Shown here: positions 57,883-64,000 of the stretch, piece by piece | Layout of the letters: each line of letters starts with the position of its first letter | Position numbering within the stretch: the stretch's first letter is position 1 | Source of the DNA: a virus | Lineage: Duplodnaviria; Caudoviricetes | DNA: 64,000 bases | Reading direction: 5' to 3' (one strand) | IMG/VR virus record: IMGVR_UViG_3300042885_001472 | Position numbers and translations under genes: made by a program | Notes under the pieces: model-generated | Seen by the model: the letters and a program-made list of their open reading frames with translations, nothing else | What the model was told of the DNA's origin: nothing | Databases searched by the model: none

Positions 57883-58206
57883 TTATACAGACCAAGACCT
57901 AAACCCAGACCCAGACCAAGACTCAGACCAAGACCTAGACCAAGACCCAGACTCAGACCAAGACATAGACTCAGACCAAGACATAGATCCAGACCAAGAC
58001 CTAGACCTAGACCCAGACCTAGACCAAGACACAGAACAAGACCAAGACCAAGACCTAGACTCAGACCAAGACCTAGACCCAGACCAAGACCAAGACCTAG
58101 ACCCATACCCAGACCTAGACCAAGACTCAGACCAAGACCTAGACCAAGACCCAGACCTAGACCAAGACTCAGACCTAGATCTTTTTTGTTTTTTTCCTCT
58201 TATCAT
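57883..58206 (-). CDS. Ser-X dipeptide repeat protein (SR/SW/SG/SE)
   Basis: ATG after an A-rich leader; reads a 6-bp repeat. Confidence 0.55.
   Translation of the reverse strand: MIRGKKQKRSRSESWSRSGSWSRSWSESWSRSGYGSRSWSWSGSRSWSESRSWSWSCSVSWSRSGSRSRSWSGSMSWSESMSWSESGSWSRSWSESWSGSGFRSWSV
57888..58180. repeat. degenerate hexamer tandem repeat (AGACCN)n
   Basis: About 49 units. Confidence 0.95.
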
Positions 58207-58317
58207 TTCTATTTATTTTAAATTGTTAATGTGTTGAGGATGAGAAGTCCTTTGTGTTGTCTATTACTGCTGCGTCCCTAGGGAACCATTCCTTTCTCAA
58301 GGGAACAACACAATTTT

Positions 58318-58483
58318 GTGAGTACAAGTTATCTCCTCTTACTATTTAACAGTAGGTGGCTTCCTACATCTATTAACTCAGTTTTATTTCTTTGTGTTAA
58401 TAGTCAATCAGAGACCCCAGCTAGAGTTTATATAATTAAATAATCACCTAATTACACTCAGCGGTGGCTTTACCTTGTACTCA
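58318..58483 (-). ncRNA. unknown structured RNA, copy 2
   Basis: Same three conserved blocks as copy 1, with different inserts. Confidence 0.7.
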
Positions 58484-58567
58484 GTATTTTTAATTTCAAA
58501 GAACTAATTTTTTATAACATTAATTGTTTAACAAAAGTAAGTATTTTTTTTAAATATAACAAGTGTT

Positions 58568-58798
58568 TTATTTATAAATTTCAACAAACTTTGAATTAAC
58601 TGAATCATACTCTTCTTGTGTCATAGATATCCAAGCACTATAATCAAAAGTTGATGATTTAAAGGTATCAACTATCTGTCTCCCTTCAGTTTCATCTAAT
58701 AACACTAAGTTATCTTTCCACCTATAACTTTGTTGTAGAAACAATCTTTTGTTAGTTTTATGTTTCCAAACTTTTAAACCATGTTCATTTAGTTCCAT
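58568..58798 (-). CDS. hypothetical protein
   Basis: 76-aa ORF. Confidence 0.65.
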   Translation of the reverse strand: MELNEHGLKVWKHKTNKRLFLQQSYRWKDNLVLLDETEGRQIVDTFKSSTFDYSAWISMTQEEYDSVNSKFVEIYK

Positions 58799-58800
58799 AT

Positions 58801-59067
58801 TTATTGATCTTCTCCAAATTCGTTAACACACATTTCATATTCATCTTCTGTCAGTTCTATTAAGTTATGTGAATCAAAGTATCTATACATTCTTAAATCT
58901 TTACAGATATTGTCAAATTCACTTCCTTCACTACTATCAAAACCATCAGTCATAAAAACCTCATCAATGAATTTAATGTCATCGTATTCTATACCCCTCC
59001 TTTTACAATAGATATAACCAGATTCTAATATCATTAAGTTTTTATGACTTCTTTTTAACTTTCTCAT
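58801..59067 (-). CDS. hypothetical protein
   Basis: 88-aa ORF. Confidence 0.65.
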   Translation of the reverse strand: MRKLKRSHKNLMILESGYIYCKRRGIEYDDIKFIDEVFMTDGFDSSEGSEFDNICKDLRMYRYFDSHNLIELTEDEYEMCVNEFGEDQ

Positions 59068-59081
59068 ATTCTTTTTTTTTG

Positions 59082-59177
59082 TTGTTAGGACAAGATTCGA
59101 ACTTGTATAAGTGAACTAATCGTTTCTTAACCATCACATTCATTAGTGATGTACATATACCACTCTGTCACCTAACA
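59082..59177 (-). tRNA. class II (Leu-like) tRNA-like element with expanded anticodon loop
   Basis: TGTTAGG/CCTAACA acceptor, ACAAG-TTCGAAT-CTTGT T arm, CATCA-CTAATGAATG-TGATG, long variable arm. Confidence 0.6.
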
Positions 59178-59183
59178 ATGTTT

Positions 59184-59284
59184 AGGAAAGTAGAAGATGG
59201 GTGTGTGGACATCTACTTTTACGATTGGCATTACTTTGGCTTTTAACCCCCTCTCCCGCATGAGCAGTATTCCCCAATCAACCT
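59184..59284 (-). ncRNA. possible two-hairpin structured RNA
   Basis: Stems AAAGTAGA/TCTACTTT and GATTGG/CCAATC; GC-rich intergenic island. Confidence 0.35.
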
Positions 59285-59310
59285 ATTTTTTTAAAATAAT
59301 TATTTTTTTG

Positions 59311-59455
59311 TTTGAAGTAGGGGAGTCGAACCCCTCCAACAGGTCGATCCCTGTTTCCCATATTTAAAAGTAATTACTCCTTTATTTTTTGGTCTCATAC
59401 CCCAGTTAATGTACAATCCCTGGTGGTCAAAGCATTCCCACAAATGCTACTTCAA
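59311..59455 (-). ncRNA. 145-nt tRNA-like RNA with multi-hairpin insert
   Basis: TTGAAGT/ACTTCAA acceptor, CATT/AATG D stem, AGGGG-TTCGACT-CCCCT T arm. Confidence 0.6.
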
Positions 59456-59465
59456 ATTTTATTAT

Positions 59466-60719
59466 TTACTTTTTATTTTCTAATAATTTAACACCCAGTA
59501 TACTTTCTAACATTGAATTACCATTTCCACCGGAACTACCACCATTAAAATACGTAGCCGGTAAAGAGATCTTAGACATCGCTTCAGCTACACCAATCTT
59601 AGTCTTCATTTCAAAATCCGCTTTATCCCAAGGAGTTAAACCAGCAGATACTAATTTAGCGTTCGCATAAGCTTGAGCATCGGCATCAATTCTTGTTTTC
59701 TTAGCTTCCAATTCAGCGGCTTCAGCGGCAATCTTTTGTTTGAATTTATCTTGTTCAGCCAACTTAACAGTTGTTTCAGCTTTTACAACTTGTTGTGTTT
59801 GAATTTGTTTTTCTTTATATTCAGTTTCAACCAATTGTTTCTCACCCACGGCTTTAGCTGTTAACGCTTGTTGTTGAGCGGTAATGAATTGTTGTTTAGC
59901 GATAGAAGCGGCTGTGGCGGCATCAATTTTCTTACCCAACATAACATCAACACGAGATTCATAATCAACATCTGTGATATTGGCGTCAGCTACAGTGATA
60001 CCATATTCCTTAATGGATGAGTTCTTTCGTTTAGTTTCACCATTTTTATTGGTTACAATTTCAGTGACATAAACTTTCTTTTTCTCATTCTCTAACGAAT
60101 CAAATACTACCCGATCAGTTGTTTTTAAAATGAATACCCCATTTCTTAATTGATCACCAAAGTCTTGTGACATTGTGGAACGACCACCAGAGTAGTGCAT
60201 CTCAGATGACATCATTTGAGCTGATGATTGTAAACATTCTTTAGTATAAGGAGCTAATCGTTTAGATACTAATGATTGTGGTGTCTTATGGGCGTTGTGC
60301 ATAGCAATCATTTCAGATTCATCAGATGGTAGGATGTATTGAACAATACCACTAACACTCGCTGAAGTCGCATCAGCTCCGAAACGAATTATAACTCTAC
60401 CTATTTCAATAGTTCCATCATTTAAATCCATATTAGGAATAGTGTCTTGATAAGATACTGAGATCTGATTAGGCCATTGTGTAGTTCTAGCGAAGAATCC
60501 AGCGTAGTAAACTCCGGACTTATACTGAACGAATTGGTGACCGGTTGATTGTTGAACTACGGTTCTCTCACTGGAATCATTCCAAGAGAACGGATTAATA
60601 AAAAGGAAAACTATAATTCCTACTAACGATAATACTCCGATGATAATAAATTTTGTGATTGGATTTTGTTTCATTTGATTTTGGATTTGGTTATTAATTT
60701 GATTTTTTAAATTGTTCAT
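59466..60719 (-). CDS. SPFH/band-7 membrane protein
   Basis: N-terminal TM, SPFH-like core, A/Q/E coiled coil; start 60719 overlaps the upstream stop. Confidence 0.75.
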   Translation of the reverse strand: MNNLKNQINNQIQNQMKQNPITKFIIIGVLSLVGIIVFLFINPFSWNDSSERTVVQQSTGHQFVQYKSGVYYAGFFARTTQWPNQISVSYQDTIPNMDLNDGTIEIGRVIIRFGADATSASVSGIVQYILPSDESEMIAMHNAHKTPQSLVSKRLAPYTKECLQSSAQMMSSEMHYSGGRSTMSQDFGDQLRNGVFILKTTDRVVFDSLENEKKKVYVTEIVTNKNGETKRKNSSIKEYGITVADANITDVDYESRVDVMLGKKIDAATAASIAKQQFITAQQQALTAKAVGEKQLVETEYKEKQIQTQQVVKAETTVKLAEQDKFKQKIAAEAAELEAKKTRIDADAQAYANAKLVSAGLTPWDKADFEMKTKIGVAEAMSKISLPATYFNGGSSGGNGNSMLESILGVKLLENKK

Positions 60720-60997
60720 AAATTTTTGGTTTTTTCTTTTAATTGTTCTGTTATTTTTAATTGGTCTTTCCAATATGTTAAGTCTCTTTCAGCTCCCTCA
60801 ATACCACTTCTTTGGTTAATTTCACTTCGTAGAATTTTAATTTTGATATCATTGATTAAATTTTCAATGTCTTCGTGTGAAGTATTATTTGATGGTTCTT
60901 CTTTTTTTAATTGTAATGAACTCATTATTTTAATACCGGAATAAACCAATAGGATTATGAAACCAAGTATTATTAAAAAGATTAATGTTTTAAACAT
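60716..60997 (-). CDS. small membrane-anchored protein
   Basis: N-terminal TM; coupled to the SPFH gene. Confidence 0.7.
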   Translation of the reverse strand: MFKTLIFLIILGFIILLVYSGIKIMSSLQLKKEEPSNNTSHEDIENLINDIKIKILRSEINQRSGIEGAERDLTYWKDQLKITEQLKEKTKNL

Positions 60998-61024
60998 AGT
61001 TTTATTTTTTAGTTTTATATTATT

Positions 61025-61297
61025 TTAGTAACCTAACGGACTTTTTGGTATGTCATCACCTAACATTTGTAATTCACCCATAAATTGAGTGACTTCGTCC
61101 ATTGTTAAATGTCCTTTAACATCGTCATCACAACTCCTCCAAATTTCAAATGTTGTTATACCATTACCATATAACCCAGCTGAACCACCAACAACGGAAA
61201 TTCTATGACCATTGTCAAATTCCATAACCGCTTGGATACCACCCATACCATTTGGGTGGACTTTAAACTCTAAATCTTTAAATGTTTTTATACCCAT
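61025..61297 (-). CDS. hypothetical phage protein
   Basis: 90-aa ORF. Confidence 0.7.
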   Translation of the reverse strand: MGIKTFKDLEFKVHPNGMGGIQAVMEFDNGHRISVVGGSAGLYGNGITTFEIWRSCDDDVKGHLTMDEVTQFMGELQMLGDDIPKSPLGY

Positions 61298-61401
61298 ATT
61301 ATTTATTTTTTTACAAATCTAAACATAATTTTTCAATTGAACAAATTTTTTTTATTATTTTTTTTTATTATATTTGTATTCTAATCTTAAATTATAATAT
61401 T

Positions 61402-62157
61402 ATGTTAACAAAAGAATCAGTTACCTTTAAAAGTCCAGCGGTGTATTGTAAGTCACAATCACCATCATTATCTAAAAGATATACCTTTGTCCCAACTTTT
61501 GAAATCCTTGAAAAATTTGAAGGACAGGGTTGGAATGTTTCATCCGTTAAACAGACTGGTATGGGTAATTACTCATCACATGAAATTAGGATGAGAAATG
61601 GGGAATTACCTAAAGTTGGTGACTCTATTTTTGAGGCCATCATTAAAAATTCTCATGATGGTTCTACAAAATTATCATTCACATCAGGGTTATTTCGTTT
61701 GGTATGTTCCAATGGTTTAACAGTCCCAACTTCAATTAGTGAACGTTTTAGTATTAAACACACTAATTTTGAAATGGATGATGTTAGAGAATTAACAGAG
61801 AGTTTCTCAAAAAGATTACCATTGATTAAAGGTTCTATGGATCAAATGATGAATAGAGAATTAAGTACTTCTGACAAGATTAAGTTAACATCTGAGGCTT
61901 TAAAGATTCGATTTGAATCTCAAAAAAGATTCTCTGACAAAACTATTGAATCAATTTTAAGACCAAATCGTGATGAAGATAAGGGTGATGATCTTTGGAC
62001 TGTGTTCAATGTTGTTCAAGAAAAATTTATTAAAGGTGGTTTTATTAACATTTCTGATAGAAATTGTAGAAGAACGGTAAAAGGTATTGATGGTATTATG
62101 AATACTAGTAAAATAAATACCAAACTTTGGGAATTAGCTCAGACATATTGTGATTAA
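61402..62157 (+). CDS. DUF932/DUF945-family phage/plasmid protein
   Basis: NSHDGS, GLFRLVCSNGL, LWTVFNVVQE, N..LWELA; start 61402. Confidence 0.85.
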   Translation: MLTKESVTFKSPAVYCKSQSPSLSKRYTFVPTFEILEKFEGQGWNVSSVKQTGMGNYSSHEIRMRNGELPKVGDSIFEAIIKNSHDGSTKLSFTSGLFRLVCSNGLTVPTSISERFSIKHTNFEMDDVRELTESFSKRLPLIKGSMDQMMNRELSTSDKIKLTSEALKIRFESQKRFSDKTIESILRPNRDEDKGDDLWTVFNVVQEKFIKGGFINISDRNCRRTVKGIDGIMNTSKINTKLWELAQTYCD

Positions 62158-62179
62158 TTAACCCTAAAATAATGTTATA

Positions 62180-62208
62180 AGCCCTCCAGAAACCCTGGGG
62201 GGTTTTTA
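62180..62208 (+). terminator. rho-independent terminator
   Basis: AAGCCCTCCAG-aaacc-CTGGGGGGTTTTT. Confidence 0.7.
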
Positions 62209-62269
62209 TTTTATATATTTTATAGATTTTATTAAAAGTCAAAATATTTATATTAAAATAAAATTTAAT

Positions 62270-64000
62270 ATGGGAAGGATAATACAAAAAAATAATGGTT
62301 TAACGACCATCTTCACAACTGGAGAAGATATTTCAACAATAATACCCTCAACTAATACCTATGTATTAGGTGTTGACTCAAATACTGGGTTATATGAAAA
62401 ATTAGATCCAAATGGTAATATTATTGATCTTGAAAAGGATAGTAGTGGTATTACCGGTGGAACACTTTCCGGAACAACCCTTGTTTTAGATAATAGTGGT
62501 GGTGGTAGTATTAATATTAGTTTATCTGGACTATCAACTGGTGGAGGAGGATTATCCTCAAATTTATATGAGGTAACATATTCTGGTTTAACAACTCATA
62601 TTATGGATAGTACATTATCTGGTGGATCATACTATATGATTACGGATTTCGCTACAATATATGACCAACCAGATTATTATATTAATGGTAACCCTAAAGG
62701 TGTTGGTTCTATAGTTACTTATACAGGTGGAACTGAACCAATAATTGTTTTAGCGACTTCTGAAAATACACTTTCAATTGACGCTTATCAACCAACTTAT
62801 CCAAAAGATAAGATAAAATATGATTGGTCTTGGAGTAACACTGAAATTAATGGGACTCCAACTTACGGTAGAATTTCTGAACGTATTGATGAATATGAAA
62901 ATAGAACTGATTATGACCATAGAACTATTAATTTTCTTAGATATCAAGGTTATGAAACTGGTACTACTCTAACTGGAACTATTAATGAATATGATTGTAC
63001 AACTGGTGTTATGTTAGGTAATGGAACATTATTTAGTGGTGAACTTACTACTGGTAGTATAATACTTTTAGATACAAAAAATGAGTTTGGATATCAAGTA
63101 GGTGTTAAGGTTGTAAATATTATTGATGATGCAACTATGGATGTTGTTATAGACAGTGGTTATACATCAACAGTATTTACTGTTGGTGATGGTTATGATT
63201 TTACTTTTTACACTTTAAACGGAACTGGAAGTTATACAAGCTATAAAGAAATTTATATTGGTCAACGTAATGAAGGTGATTATTCTGAATTTGCTACATT
63301 CATATTAGATGGTGGTTCTTTAAGTAACTATATAGGTGATTATAGTGTTTTTTATCTTAATGGGATTCAGTCTGGATTTTTACTAGCGAATAATATATTT
63401 GGTTCAAATAGTTATTCTAATACAATAGGGAATAACTATTATTCTAATACAATAGGGGATAACTTTCAATCTAATACAATAGGGAATGAGTATTATTCTA
63501 ATACAATAGGGGATTACTTTCAATCTAATACAATAGGGGATTACTATTTTTCTAATACAATAGGGGATGAGTATTATTCTAATACAATAGGGAATAACTA
63601 TTATTCTAATACAATAGGGGATAACTTTCAATCTAATACAATAGGGAATGAGTATTATTCTAATACAATAGGGAATAACTTTCAATCTAATACAATAGGG
63701 AATGAGTATTATTCTAATACAATAGGGAATTACTTTCAATCTAATACAATAGGGGATTACTTTCAATCTAATACAATAGGGAATAACTATTTTTCTAATA
63801 CAATAGGGGATGAGTATTATTCTAATACAATAGGGAATAACTATTATTCTAATACAATAGGGGATAACTTTCAATCTAATACAATAGGGAATGAGTATTA
63901 TTCTAATACAATAGGGAATAACTTTCAATCTAATACAATAGGGAATGAGTATTATTCTAATACAATAGGGAATTACTTTCAATCTAATACAATAGGGGAT
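62270..64000 (+). CDS. tail-fibre/virion-like protein with 9-aa beta-helix repeats; runs off the window (not in the ORF track)
   Basis: Manually translated open frame MGRIIQKNNG..., G/S/T-rich, then (SNTIG-xxxx)n. Confidence 0.8.
   Translation, partial: MGRIIQKNNGLTTIFTTGEDISTIIPSTNTYVLGVDSNTGLYEKLDPNGNIIDLEKDSSGITGGTLSGTTLVLDNSGGGSINISLSGLSTGGGGLSSNLYEVTYSGLTTHIMDSTLSGGSYYMITDFATIYDQPDYYINGNPKGVGSIVTYTGGTEPIIVLATSENTLSIDAYQPTYPKDKIKYDWSWSNTEINGTPTYGRISERIDEYENRTDYDHRTINFLRYQGYETGTTLTGTINEYDCTTGVMLGNGTLFSGELTTGSIILLDTKNEFGYQVGVKVVNIIDDATMDVVIDSGYTSTVFTVGDGYDFTFYTLNGTGSYTSYKEIYIGQRNEGDYSEFATFILDGGSLSNYIGDYSVFYLNGIQSGFLLANNIFGSNSYSNTIGNNYYSNTIGDNFQSNTIGNEYYSNTIGDYFQSNTIGDYYFSNTIGDEYYSNTIGNNYYSNTIGDNFQSNTIGNEYYSNTIGNNFQSNTIGNEYYSNTIGNYFQSNTIGDYFQSNTIGNNYFSNTIGDEYYSNTIGNNYYSNTIGDNFQSNTIGNEYYSNTIGNNFQSNTIGNEYYSNTIGNYFQSNTIGD
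63416..64000 (+). repeat. 27-bp coding tandem repeat
   Basis: Invariant TCTAATACAATAGGG plus a variable 12-mer; at least 21 units. Confidence 0.95.

Noticed and set aside
57606-58237. GL-repeat, RP-repeat and QD-repeat ORFs over the hexamer repeat
   Set aside because: Stop-free by-products of the repeat. The region is transcribed on the minus strand, and only the Ser-X frame has a good start context.
58246-58316. SRP RNA or c-di-GMP riboswitch-like hairpin
   Set aside because: Only partial resemblance (GGGACGCAGCAG); the GNRA loop and CAGG/AGCAG geometry are not met.
59311-59455. Second tmRNA
   Set aside because: No G3-U70 pair, has a D stem, too short, and no credible tag ORF.
1316-62287. 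Numerous short antisense or overlapping track ORFs (e.g. 1316-1654, 7325-7621, 13093-13428, 27798-28055, 50520-50729)
   Set aside because: They lie opposite or within well-supported genes and lack independent motifs.
63404-63982. Minus-strand IPYCIR-repeat ORF in the track
   Set aside because: Antisense shadow of the plus-strand gene starting at 62270.
63416-64000. CRISPR mini-array (constant 15-mer plus variable 12-mer)
   Set aside because: Exact 27-bp in-frame period within an open ORF; the variable parts are short and reused.

Overview
This is a very AT-rich, gene-dense segment of a large (jumbo-type) tailed phage genome, most likely infecting Bacteroidota. The host inference rests on TAnnTTTG promoters, the absence of Shine-Dalgarno motifs and signal peptides followed by Gln. 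Recognisable genes: SbcC/Rad50(gp46)-like ATPase, sigma-70 factor, lysis module, three homing-type endonucleases, Hc1-like protein, Nudix hydrolase, TerD-domain protein, DEDD exonuclease, DnaJ, tmRNA, thioredoxin, phosphoesterase, peptidase, two C5 DNA methyltransferases, HD hydrolase, flavodoxin-like protein, GT2 glycosyltransferase, ferritin, dNMP kinase, NusG, SPFH protein, DUF932 protein and a repeat-rich tail-fibre-like gene. The main discovery is two integron-like cassette arrays (about 2.2-6.5 kb and 8.2-16.2 kb). Small genes sit in units that begin GTTA and end with the reverse complement of their own start (ending TAAC). About 20 imperfect attC-like hairpins separate the units, and both arrays end in the same 77-bp site. 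Several hairpin loops supply the start codon and N-terminus of the next gene, so shuffling can create fusion proteins. No recombinase was found in the window. Other notable items: a cluster of non-canonical tRNA-like RNAs, a duplicated unknown structured RNA, a repeated RNA motif after the TerD-domain gene, a tmRNA with a 36-residue tag, and about 13 proteins with a capsid-targeting-like N-terminus. All functional calls were made by eye from motifs; no database searches or folding programs were run.
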